64,000 bases of DNA from assembly GCA_000182565.2 (NCBI GenBank), contig KQ257452.1; one strand, written 5' to 3'. Of the stretch, positions 1-12,089 are shown piece by piece (position 1 is the stretch's first letter; every line of letters begins with the position of its first letter). The notes beneath the pieces were generated by a model, which was given only the letters and a program-made list of their open reading frames with translations, searched no databases and was not told the DNA's origin. Made by a program: the position numbers and the translations under genes. The stretch comes from Spizellomyces punctatus DAOM BR117 (taxonomy: Eukaryota).

Positions 1-709
1 TGACTGCTTCTGGCTCATTTCTCCACATTTCTCCAATAATGACTGAGATATCCTTGTTGTTTGCGCCTGCGTGTTTCGCGAGGACCTCGTGCTGCTTTTC
101 CATGCGATCTGGTACACATCAATATGATAAGTAAGCGCGCATTCAGACGAATGCGTTTCAATACTTACACGTCATAAAGGAGTTTGCTGGGCGTGGTATT
201 CGTTTAGGAGCAGCAGGCTTGGGATTTGTGGACACAAGGTATGATGGAAAGCCATATTGTGTTGTCGGAAATGAGGTTACGGGGTGGGGTGCAGAAGGGA
301 CCATTACGGGGGTATACCCTTCCGGCACCAAAACGAGCTGCTGTCCGGCAGTACTGTATACGTGCCGTGCGGGTAAGACTTGAGGTGCTCCCGGCTGGGG
401 TACGAGAGGTCCTGGCTGTTGATACATTTGCATTGTGGGTAGCGTTTGCATCGGCGCTATGGACGCTGGGGCACCACCCGCCATATGACGCTGCACTTGT
501 GCCATCATCATTGGGTCGTTTATAGAGTACCCCGTCATTGGTGGAGTCTGCTGGTATACTACTGCAGGCGTTGGCTGAAGAGCGGGTTCAGAAGATCGCA
601 AGTAAGAATATGTGTTTGGGATGGTCACGAACGGCATAACTGCTCCGGCTGACCAAAATCGAAGGCGACTGTGGGAGATGGGTGTGTAATCAATTCGGTA
701 ATCTCGCAC
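1..709 (-). CDS. MATA-type HMG-box transcription factor (3' part runs off the window; 5' end uncertain)
   Basis: ORF 158-709 ends KRIPRPANSFMT. An intron (GTAAGT..CAG, about 109-168) joins it to YRMEKQHEVLAKHAGANNKDISVIIGEMWRNEPEAV, a typical HMG-box helix 1-2. The N-terminus is Pro/Gln-rich. A possible extra upstream exon lies near 777-880. Confidence 0.85.
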
Positions 710-2228
710 GCCAATGAGCAGTAATTAATTGAAAGGAGACAGGGAAGGAGTATGTGTTTAATCTGGTAAAATCTTACTGCGCTGCACTGCGCACGGCGTG
801 TCCGTCTTGCGTACTATGGAGCACGTCTCCTTTAATGCATCAAAGGCATTAACGGGGCTATGTCTTGCTTTTATGTTCATACCAGCGGATGTCTCACGCA
901 ATTGGTACTGATGGCATGGTAAACATTGTGATTTAGGGTAGGGGTCGGAAGACAACTGGGACAGCTGCTGCGCGGCGGAACTACCGAGGGCGCACTTACC
1001 TAATCACACTATTGTTCTGGAGCCACGGCCGTGTTCTGATACCTGGGTCTCCCAGCTGTCCCGAAAGCCGCAGTTGCGTCTGGGGAACTATGGTGCCCGT
1101 AACCGGAAACGTCAGTCGTTCCCCACGAGGAATATGCTGCTATACAAGTGATGGGCGTTGTCATCTCCTTGCATGCTTCTACCAAGAAATCGGAACCAAC
1201 GAGACTGAACACGAGGGATGTTTATGCCCTTCAATTGAATTGTGCTAGAAGAATGGTTCCAAAGGGGTCTTCAGGCGTCAACTCTGCAAAGGCAAAGAGG
1301 GTTCCGTTTGTCATTCACGAAAAAACCGGAGAGCGGGACGATTATGCTTTTTGAGCTGCAAAGTTCGATATCAAGGACTTAAGGACCACTTTGTTTTAAT
1401 GAACTGAAGGAGATCCAAAGACCTGGAATTCTTGTTCTACTTGTCGCTGTCGTGTTGGATAATCATATTAATCATATTCGCATTGGCCCCAGGGTCCAGG
1501 TTTCTGAACGTTCGGAGACGTCATGCATTCAGGCCGAGACATACTGACTGAAATTGGAAGCACCGGAGTTCATCCGGTTGGCGGTGTTTAACCCTGATAA
1601 GCAGTCGCTAATGCTTACGTGCATATCACCTAAAACGTATCAACGCGCAATACGGAACGCGATGGTAGCTTTCTCCTAAATCAGACAAGCAGGTCCAGCA
1701 CAAGGGTCACATATCTAGCTAGTTTGACAGACTTGTATCAGATATGCACATCTTGTCGCACCATTCATCCAAAATATAAAACCATTAGGCACAAATAAAT
1801 TAAGAAAAAAAAAGACATCAGGTCTACTGTCGGGGAAATGGATGTTTTCCGACAGTGGAGGAAGGCAGTGATTTGACATCCACGGCTATATCTGCTGGTA
1901 AGTCTTGACAAAAGACGAGATAAATTCCGAAAGTGGGAATGAGGTATAAAAGAAAGTGACAATACCAGTTTTGCCTGGGGGATATATCGCTTGCAATGAG
2001 ATGGTGAAAATAATTCAGACGCGCATCATAATATCAAATATCGCCCAAGTTGAAATCTTTCAGATCTAGCTTGCAATCCAATGTAAGACGTCGTGATAGA
2101 AGAGTATATTAGTCAGTGGGTGACCGTAATACCCGACAGGCAAAAAGGAAAATGCATCTTTATTTGAAGTCCGATCATAATCCTTCTTCGAGGAATATCT
2201 TGTCCTCATGCTTCGTGAGCACTGACAA

Positions 2229-5200
2229 GTGCAGGATATTCCCAGCATGGCCGAAGCTTCCCTTGCCGACAGAGGTCGTATGCAATCCATGACGTTTGCT
2301 CATAGTACGAATCAATCGACGGGTCCATTGAATAAACGAAGCCTTAGCTTGCCTTCCTTAAAATTGGGCAACGATGGTGGTCCAAAGGCAGGGACGAACA
2401 CATTACGTGTTTTGAAGACGAGAGGATGGGTTCCACTTATGATAGCAGCTTTGGAAGGGGAGGCGCCCAAAAAATCTGGGTCGGAGCCCACGCCAGGGCG
2501 ACTGGCTCAAAGCACTTATCCAGAGAGCGAGCTCTTATCAACCGGACACAGTCAACAAAACCTACCTAGCAAACGGCCTCCAGGTCGATCGAAGGTTACA
2601 GAATACGGTGCAGCTTTTTCAGCTAGGATTCCAGAAGTAAACAGCCCGGAAGATAGGTCAGCTGGAACTAAGGAATCTTCAAGGAAATCTAATTATGAGG
2701 CATCCACGAAGTACAGTTCATCGGCTCTGCAAAATCGATCTTCGCCGAGGGCATTTCAAGCTGCAGGTGAGCGATCCATGAACACCAGAGTCAGATCGGC
2801 ATCCTATTCGCAAGAAACCAGAAGCCAGCAGACGAGAGATTTTAATTCGGCACATTCGACGTCCCAAGCATCAGATATTAATTTTGGACAAGATGCAAAG
2901 AGTTTGGCAGATGCGATATCAAGAGGCGATGCGGGCAATACTCCTCAGCACGCAGCAATGATCGTTTCAGCTGCCAATCATCTCTTGGAAGCTGCAAACA
3001 AAGAGATACAGAGTAATAACGACCCACGATATCAAGCTGAGATGAAAAGATTGATAACTGAAGTTAAGCAAAGTAAGACAATTCGTTCAGGTTAGCATGG
3101 CAGATTGCCCAATTTAGTGATATATCCTGCAGTTCTTCCCGAGTTTCGTTCAAAGGCCTGGATATCGCTAGGATCGGGCAATGCACCTCCCTTAGAGACT
3201 GCTATGGAGGTCCTTGGTATACTTAATACAGTGACATCCAGGCTCACAGATCTTGGGAACTTCATGAAACACAATCCTAGTCAAAATCCTGCGAAGGATG
3301 TACGGCCTTCTTACGGCCAAGTGAATGAGTCTGTGTTGGATACTCGACGAAATTTGAAGCCAGAATCGCTTCATTTATCAGTATGTATGGCTTTCCTAAC
3401 TAGATTGGAATCTTGCAGCTGATTTATGGAATTGCTTATAGTCGCAGGAAAGCCAAGAAGCTACCCCGAATTTGAGTGCCAAAGGGCCGATAAAGCCCCA
3501 CTACCAATCATCTGAGATGCTGCATAAATTCTCAATCGCAAATCCCCCCAAATCAAGCTCCACGAAGGAGGAAGATTCACTGCACATGAGAAGATTATCT
3601 GAAATGGACAATAACGAATCGCCGTATGTATCTGCTCCTGAAATCCCGTTAGTAGACGAAACCTTGCAGGCGACAACGGTGGAAGCTGCAACGATGTTTG
3701 CAAAGCCTGAAAATAGATCCCAAAATCCGAAGCAGGTACGCGATGAGACTGTATATGCTCCTCTGGCAGGAATTTTAAGTTGTTTATCTAGGCAAGTTTA
3801 CCACCTACTACCTCCTCGGAATCTTCTTTTGCCAGCAAGAAACATGCCGTTTCTCCACTACAAGAAGCCACCACAAGAAATCCACTCCAGCAGGGCAACC
3901 CGAGCACCAGAAGGTCACATGCAAGACAACCTTCCGATGTCATGCAAGATATTCCAATAACTAAGAACTACCAACCTTGGATAAGAGAACCGACAGACAA
4001 GACACCCGGTTCTGCACACCAAAGTATCGCTTCCGGAAATACTGGAGTAGCTACAGATGTAGATAACGCTTGGGTTGAGGAAGTGCAACCCTTGCAAGAT
4101 TCTCTTGTATGGCGACCACAGACTGGATCGCTACCTAGCGATGGCGCGGTCGAAACCGGTGAGTTTTCAATGACGGGAAACACGAGTCCAGCAGAGAACA
4201 TCGGTGTGAACTCGCAGAATCAGCAAGTTCTAGTGAGGAACAGATTTCATTCCCCTCTGGATGAACCTTCAAGTATCGAAACCGAACCATTGATGGATGC
4301 TGGATTGCGACTACGGTCGCAAAGAAGGTTGGAATATAATAGCATCCTTCCTGATGCATCTACCAGCATTCAAACTGCGGGCATTGGGCAGATTCAACCA
4401 GATAGGGCCGCTCCATTCGACTCTCAAACTTCAACAAGCAACGCACATATAAAAATGAAGTCTCAAGCAGAAGCAGCACCATTAATTCCGTACAACCGTA
4501 CCTCCAAAGTATCCGGCGCGGCAATAGCTGGGACAGACACCGTTGCAGAAGCTATTGGAAAAATTCCCAACCCACCTGTTAACAGCGGACCTATTTTTGT
4601 GGTCAACTGGGCTCCGGGAGGAGACCTCCCATCCGCACAAGATGTGTCCGCGGAACAGGGAACAGTCGCAATTCGCCCCCAGCAGCATGTAGCAAAATTA
4701 GCAGCAGAGCAGTCAGAATTGGTAAAGCCATCAAAAGCCAAGCATATCACGGAGGATTTCGGTACAACACCGGCTGCAGAGTCTAGTCTGGCAGGCGGAG
4801 AGGTAGTTCCACAGGCAGCCGTGTCAGGAGGGAGCAATACCGTTATCGTAAAAAACAACCCTGTGGATGCCCAAGCACCAGTGGTTCAGCAGAATTTGCA
4901 TTCTCAACAGCAAAATGAAACAGAAGGTGAATCGGCTACCGTTGAAGTTTACGATGTTTATGGCACTCGAAAACGACTTCGATTTTGTCCCTGGATATCT
5001 TGGCGAAGCGACGGTGGTGGGGGAAGCCGAAGGCGAAATCGCAGCGGACCTTGTGCGGCCTGCTGCTCCTGCAGAACCCTTTGTAAGGGAGTGTGTGGAA
5101 CATTGTTATTAGGGTTCTTGGTCCTGCTTTTCTTGACGAATCTAGTGATTCTGAACGTCTCCGTGGTTCGAGATACCATTAATATGAAGAGCGCCCTGGC

Positions 5201-8200
5201 GAATATCGTTATTCCACCGGATGGTGGATCTACAACTATCCGGACCTCGTCCACCACCACCCGAAGCTCTTCTGCCGCGGTCTCAATTACATTATCAAGT
5301 ATGTTACCCAGCGATATTCCAATTATCAGCGCGCACCTATCAGAGAGCACGACCATTTCTTCCACCAGTTCCCTTACTAGTTCCATGTCTTGGACCTCGT
5401 CGAACATAATTTTGAGCACTTCTTCTATTTCTTCGCCGTTGAGTCTTACAGAAACCGCTTCCACGTCGCTCTCTGGAAGCCAGTCATCAACCTGGAGTGC
5501 AGTGGCAAGCACAAGCACAACTTCGAGTACTACCTTATCAAGTTTTTCGCAGTCAAGCTCGAATGTGGTAGCCAGCTCAAGCTTGTTGTCAACCTTCGAC
5601 TCATCTACAAGTATGCTGAGCGCCACGACATCACAGAGTGCCTCTGACTTTTCAACCAGTCCATCCTCTTCCGGTTCAACTCAACAGTCAACTATGTCAT
5701 CAAGTCAATCTCTGGCTTCTGAAATATCCAGCGTATCTACGTCTACGTCTGGGTTGACAACACCTTCCACATCATCCAGTGCAATTCAGACGTCGTACAC
5801 GGGGTGGAGCCAAACATCAAGTAGCATGCCGCTTCCGAGCTCGAGTGTGTCGTCATCTCAAACTGCGGGCGGATCATCCACCTCTAGCAGTGCGTCCGCT
5901 AGCGGATCGTTACCCCCCACGTCAAGCTTTAGTATGTCCTCAAGCGATGTCTCCTCGAGTACCACAACGATGTCCAGTAGTACTTCCAATTATGTCCTCA
6001 GCTCCAGCATAATGTCGTCGTACAGTGAGGCAAGCATGACATCCAGCAGCTCAATAACTGACTCCATAACCGTCACACGAATATCAAGCAGTGAAACAGC
6101 TAGCTCAAGCGAATCATTCAGTAGTAGCGTGCCTACCTCTACTGATATATTGAGCTACACACAGACATCTAGCGCTTCTCAGACGCCGCGAAATAGTGTC
6201 ACCGAGACGCCTACCCCCACGCCCACTTCGAGCGAGGTAGTCAGCTCTGAATCCGTATCCGGGACAGTAACCTCCAGCACCACGTCTAGCCTATCATCAA
6301 CTCAAGCACCTACCTCCAGCGCGACATTTAATTTGACATCGCAAGCATCTATCTCTACGGAATATCCAACTGAATCTTCAACTGGAGTAAGTATAGTGAG
6401 CGAAACACTGACCTCGAGTGACGTGGCTTCCTCAACCACGACCTCGATATCGAGCGAAAGGTCTTCCTCGTCACGCGGAGCGTCAACATCAAGCATGGAG
6501 TCTTCGTCAGCAAGCACACAGTCTTCCTCATCGAGTGTAGCGCCTACTTCAAGCATAGAGACGTCGTCAGCAAGCGTAATCTCTTCCTCATCAAGTGTAG
6601 CACCAACATCAAGCACAGCGCCGTCATCAGCAAGCGTAATCACTTCCTCATCAAGCGTAGCACCAACATCAAGCCTAGCGCCGACATCAAGCATAGAGTC
6701 TTCCTCATCGAGTGCCGTGCCGACATCAAGTATAGGGACTTCTTCATCGACCGTGGAGCCTTCGTCATCAAGCCTAGCGCCGACATCAAGCATAGAGTCT
6801 TCCTCATCGAGTGCCGTGCCGACATCAAGTATAGGGACTTCTTCATCGACTGTGGGACCTTCGTCATCAAGCGTAACGCCGACATCAAGTGTAGAGCCTT
6901 TGTCAGCAAGCGTAGAGTCTTCCTCATCAAGTGTAACACCAACATCAAGCATAGAATCGTCATCAGCAAGCATAGTGTCTTCCTCATCAAGTGTAACGCC
7001 AACTTCAAGCATCGAGCCCTCTTCATCAACCATGGAGCCTTCGTCATCAAGCGTAACGCCTACATCAAGCATAGAGCCGTCGTCAGCAACCGTGGAGTCC
7101 TCATCCAGCGTAGAGCCTACCTCGAGCGTCCAGCTTACATCGATGCAAGAATCGTCATCGTCATCTCTGCTTCAAACACCGACGTCGAGTATGGAACCTA
7201 CATCGAGCGAAGAGTCTTCGTCATCAAGCGATATGCCCACCTCAAGTATAGAGCCTACCTCGAGCGAGCAGCCTTCATCATCAAGCGATACGCCCACCTC
7301 AAGCGTGAGCGTAGAGCCTACCACAAGCATAGAAATCTCATCATCAAGCGGAACACCGACGTCGAGCATGCAATTCACGTCAAGCGAGGAGTCTTCCTCG
7401 TCAAGTGAGGCGCCGACATCAAGCGCTGCATCCACGTCGAGCGAGACCTCAATTTCATCAAGCGAAGGAGTATCTTCTACCGAATTCAGCCAAACGCTTT
7501 CCTCAAGCACACTAAGCGAGACACCAACATCGAGTGAATCAGCTACCGTAACCTCCAGTGAAAACTATAGTTCCAGCGCTCAATCATCATCAGCGTCGCC
7601 CACTCCAACAGCTTCACCTTTACTTCGTATCTGGCCGTATCAAAGCAAGCAAATCGGCGACCCATTAGATGCAACGGAACTGTCCCAGCGGGCGTCGTGC
7701 GAGAACGCACGGACATCGGCTACCACTCCGAATGATTTCCTCACCAACTCTTGCGGCGGCTGTCTTCAGGACATTGGAATTTTGACGGCAGAAGTCCTCA
7801 ACTTCTGTGTTATGGGTCTTTTCAACCAGGACAGTGGGCCTTTCACAGGCTGGATGTCAACCACGAATGTCTGCCAAGGATGGGACCTCACAGGCGGTGG
7901 AATTGCCCACATTACCTGTAGTGGTCCAAATGTTACCGGGCTGTAAGTGTTATAGTTTACATGACGATCTATCCATTTTTCTGTGGAAAAATGGGGGCCA
8001 TGATGACTTGACCACCCTAATTTCCTTTGCAGATCGATTACAAGTGACTTAGTGAACGGGATGCCTTCATATATGGGCAAGCTTCTATCGCTTGAGACGC
8101 TGTAAGTGAACAAAAAAGCATGTATTTTTGCGACTACAGTACATTGAGGATCTTACAAGTGAAGTTCACGATGTGTAGGGAAGTCAGCAGGTTAGGAAAT

Positions 8201-8950
8201 GTCGACTCGTCTGCTCCGTTTGCCGCGGAATTTTGGCAATTGCCCCATTTACAAGATGTGTATGTTTTGTGGCAGTCAGGTTTGCACATCAAGTACTCTT
8301 TCTGAAATTCACCCACTTGCGTTTTGTATCCAGAACCATTAGCGAAGGTATCTGGGACATCACCTTCCCAGCAAACGTCACTTCTTTAAAGAGACTGTTA
8401 GTAGTTTTTGAAGACAGTGTCACTAGCTATTATATTACTAACAAAGTATGTTGCCTCTCCGTCACAGTGTTATCAGAAACATGGATATCGTAACATCATC
8501 TCTACAAAACTTGGCTACCGCGCCATTGGAGAGAATGTAAGTCGTTCGGCCCCGGGTCACCGAAAAGGACAAAATAATTAACAACCACCCTTTCACAACA
8601 GTACCTTCATTGTGGTGGATCTAAGCGGACTCGGAACGATACCGTCTTGGATTGGTGGCAGTCAGACTTGGTCCCAAACTCTCCAGTCCCTGCAATTCGA
8701 GTACACTGGATTGGGAGGTGCAATTCCAACGAACCTGCAAAATCTTGCCTCGCTGACGGTTATGTAAGACTTCATTGCTTTTAGAGTTCCAGTCAACCAG
8801 GCCTGATGATTTGCTTTTTGTAGCTCACTCGCACACAACTCCCTTACGGGATCTATTCCTGCACCAGTCTGCAGCTTAAGTCTGTCAGTCTGCGACATGA
8901 GATCTAACCCAAGCTTGGTCAGAGGAACGTGCGCAAAATGTCTAGATTGA
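2229..8950 (+). CDS. ~2,000-aa type II single-pass membrane protein: long disordered N-terminus, Cys-rich juxtamembrane segment, TM helix, Ser/Thr mucin stalk, C-terminal LRR domain
   Basis: ORFs 2229, 3105, 3472 and 3942 join in frame through introns 3091-3132, 3381-3441 and ~3736-3790. The basic/Cys segment RRRNRSGPCAACCSCRTLCKGVC precedes the hydrophobic TLLLGFLVLLFLTNLVILNV, followed by ~800 aa of S/T-rich sequence. Six small exons (8033-8950) encode LRRs, e.g. LQSLQFEYTGLGGAIPTNLQNLASL and SLAHNSLTGSIP. Stop TGA at 8948-8950. The true start may lie upstream (CAG acceptor at ~2234). Confidence 0.8.
6480..7430 (+). repeat. Intragenic coding tandem repeats of the mucin stalk (~60-nt units plus a near-identical 99-nt duplication)
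   Basis: Recurrent SSSV(A/T)PTSS(I/V)E motifs. CATCAAGCCTAGCGCCGACATCAAGCATAGAGTC... occurs at ~6667 and ~6766 (99-nt period). Confidence 0.9.
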
Positions 8951-9018
8951 TGCCTTTTCTCGTCTTAATCAATTAAATGACAAAAAAAAAAATTAAATAT
9001 CCGGATGAGGCTCTCCAA

Positions 9019-9801
9019 TTAAATATCGTGGAAATCATGTATGGAGTGCCTGGCCCGTAAGCCTTTGGCGTTGATGAGCAGCCATTCCTTCAAATCATTC
9101 TTCACGCTCGTGTTCCGTGATCCAGACTTTTTCGTGATCGCCGATGACCCAGGCAAGGACTGCGGGTAAATGTATGGCACCAGGAGCGGCATTTGCATGT
9201 TTTCTGTAAGGAGAATGAGCTATATGATAGAATCGTTGGTTGAAAGAAAAGGTATGAGCTGAAGGAGCAACATCAAGATTATAGCACACAGTCTTTACAT
9301 GAACATAGAGGAAACCTGATCGCATCGGATATGTGATGGCTTCAGACACCATGATCTGAAAACGACCGGGATGAATTAGTCGCAAATCTGCCAAGACATG
9401 TAGTAAACAATATCCGTGCCTGTTTGATTCGCTTCTCGAGGTCAAATCCGGTATCGATCTCAACTCGGTTGATGAGAAGTGGAGGGTTATGGTCTTCTTG
9501 CCTCACGATTCCATAGTTCTTGACCTAACACCCAGTCCGTCAAGTTCGACCACAAACTAATCTGAAAGCATTTTCTACCGGCAGAATTAATGGCTGGACA
9601 CCTGCTAATTTCAGGCGAGCCTGGCAAGACTTGTTGGATATAATTCTTCAGGTGGTGACCACTGCGTGAACGTACTGCTTCTTCTTTCACCCGCTCCTGG
9701 AGCCACGCTTTTGCCTCCACATCCAACTCAATGTCATCGTCCTGGACACTATTCTCTCCTTCGTCCAACAAAGTATGGACTCTGCTGTTGTGATCTGCCA
9801 T
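9019..9801 (-). CDS. Hypothetical small multi-exon protein
   Basis: ATG at 9801 gives MADHNSRVHTLLDEGE...AWLQERVKEEAVRSRS. Downstream intron-like segments lead to a last exon reading ENMQMPLLVPYIYP...LKEWLLINAKGLRARHSIHDFHDI*. Splice choices are ambiguous. Confidence 0.45.
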
Positions 9802-9973
9802 AGGTTCTTGCTGTATCACTGTCTCATCGCGATTGGGGCTTATGGCTACAGCCACGTGATACGATCGGGTAAACTTACAAGCATCGCAATGTCAAGTTAT
9901 AAAGCTCCCCATCTCAGTGACATCCCTCGCTTGTAAAACCCTCCCAGCTCTGAAGTATCGTACCTCATTCACT

Positions 9974-11280
9974 ATGAGTGCTCCTGATTTGTCTCTCAAG
10001 ACCCTATTTGATGTCAAGGGCAAAGTTGCTCTGGTTACCGGTGGTGGAACAGGAATTGGCAAGAGTGAGTTGTATTAAAATCGGTGCCTTTATACAGCGT
10101 ATTCTCGCTTACAGTTGTTTATTTATACCGCTCTATAGTGATTGCCGCTGCGTTGGTACAAAATGGTGCAAGAGGTGAGCTGCAAATTTGTCAGGCTGTG
10201 GTGTGGTCTGCATTGGTCTAATATGTTGTATAGTGTACATTGCGTCGCGAAAGAAGCAAGTTGTGGATGAGACCGCAAAAGAACTCACTGAAATGGGCCC
10301 GGGTGAATGCATTGCACTCGTAGCGGACCTGGGTACCAAAGCGCAGGCGCATGCTCTTGCGGACCAAATCAAGCAACGCGAGTCAAAACTGCATATTCTG
10401 GTCAATAATGCCGGTATGGCTTGGGGCAGTAATTTGGAGGACTTTGACGAAAAGAACGGATGGGATAGGTTAATGGCTTTAAACGTGAAAAGTGTCTTTT
10501 ATGTAACTACTGCGTAAGTATACATTGGATCCCGGACAGTTGGCGTTTTGGTAATCAACACTCAAATACACCCTTCTAGGTTACTGCCACTTCTTGAGAA
10601 GGGATCTGATGGCAACTTGAGTCCTGCCAGAGTGATCAACATCAGGTGACTGATTGTGACTGATTCATCGTGTATTTTACGTGGTGTAACCTAAAGATTC
10701 TGCCAACCTTCAGCTCTGTCGCTGGCACGGCGGGTTCAGCAGAAGACAAGTTGTCTGCACCAGGCAATGGCACATGGTCTTGTACGTAATGCAGATCCGC
10801 CTGTTCAGTTGAAAGCTAGCTTTGAAGCTAATGATTTTACCTAGATGCTACATCGAAGGCGGCGGTGAATCACTTGACTCGTGTTCTGGCACTCCCTCTA
10901 GCCCGGTATGCGACAGAATCTGTTTTTTACGTTGTGATTTCATTATCCTGATTGACAACAACAGCCGAAACATCCTTGTGAATGCGATTGCTCCGGGGGT
11001 GTTCCCTTCCCGTATGACGAAATTCGGTATTGAGCATGGAATCAGCACTATGGAGAAGCAACAACCTCTCGGTAGGTGGCTGTTCTATTCCGAAAAAGCA
11101 TGCAAAATAATATCCAACTCAACCCTTAATTGATCGTTTGCAGGCCGTATTGGCACAACCGAAGATATGGCTGGATTGGCACTCTTCTTATGCAGTCGTT
11201 CTTCGGCGCATATTACCGGTACCGTCATTCCTATCGATGGTGGGGCGACTATCTCCCTCAATGCCTACGCTAAGTTGTAA
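9974..11280 (+). CDS. Classical short-chain dehydrogenase/reductase (RhlG/gluconate 5-dehydrogenase-like)
   Basis: LFDVKGKVALVTGGGTGIG (TGxxxGxG), ILVNNAG, catalytic YATSKAAV, VNAIAPGVFPSRMT and IPIDGG motifs across spliced exons. C-terminal AKL could be a PTS1. Confidence 0.93.
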
Positions 11281-11562
11281 AAATATAAACCTGGGAATTG
11301 ATGTGCGCATGGATTCTAGAGTTAGTATGGCGATTTTGCCGGAGTTGGGCTATTGATGTCTGAGCCCTAACTATGAAGAAGCACAAGTGTTACCGCTGGG
11401 GACTGTCCATACACCCTTATTTTGGCCAAAAGCAGCATCTTTGTTGAGAAGTTACCATGAAATTATTTCAGTTCCTTTTTTCCAGTTAACTCGTTCCATA
11501 AAAATCATTCTCATTCTGTCAGTCGCCACACATGCTGACGCTCACTCACAAGAAGGCTTAGT

Positions 11563-11985
11563 CGCGTGTCAGGTTACCAGACCACGTGAGGCCGCTGATC
11601 GGCCTTGAACTTCTACGAGATGGTCAACCACGGAGTTCATGTGGATATTCCGCTACATTGACTTCGTAATTTTTTGAACATGCATTACCAGATTCTCGTG
11701 AACAAAGAGCGTGGGCTTCCAGTTCGAAGTACACGTAGAAACTTCGCGTAATTATGGATCACATTTCCTGTGGTTAAGATGATCCAAAAACAGGTTGTCA
11801 TTCTCGGATATGCCCAGAGAGACAGTCCTTTTCCAGTCTCACTGTATACCTCGAGTGCAACGTGTACTCTCGGTGGATTCCTCCGGCTCCGCCTACTAAT
11901 GTGTCTTGTCCTATTTTCGGCCTTTGGGGTGGTGCGCGTAAGCGGGTGTTACGGGCCGATCGCGCGTTTTGTCCGATCCCCGCGC
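11563..11985. promoter_or_regulatory. Cluster of CGCG-core (MCB/SCB/E2F-like) motifs upstream of the Whi5/Nrm1-like gene
   Basis: CGCGT at ~11563, 11745, 11935 and 11963 (including TTCGCGTA and CGCGCGTTTT), plus CGCGC at 11981, all within ~530 bp of ATG 12090. Confidence 0.45.
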
Positions 11986-12089
11986 ACCGGTATTCAAAAT
12001 ACCGCATCAACGCCAGCGAATCTTTCGTACTAATACTCATTTTACTTTTTGCACGTTCTTCTCTTATTTCTCTCTATCTTAAATCTTAA

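Noticed and set aside
6480-7430. CRISPR-like regular repeats
   Set aside because: The repeats are in-frame coding units without unique spacers, the context is eukaryotic and there are no cas genes.
4958-7510. Long antisense ORFs (222, 256, 136 and 112 aa) with LDVG/DEE repeats
   Set aside because: They are shadows of the Ser/Thr codon repeats on the plus-strand mucin gene, with no independent gene signals.
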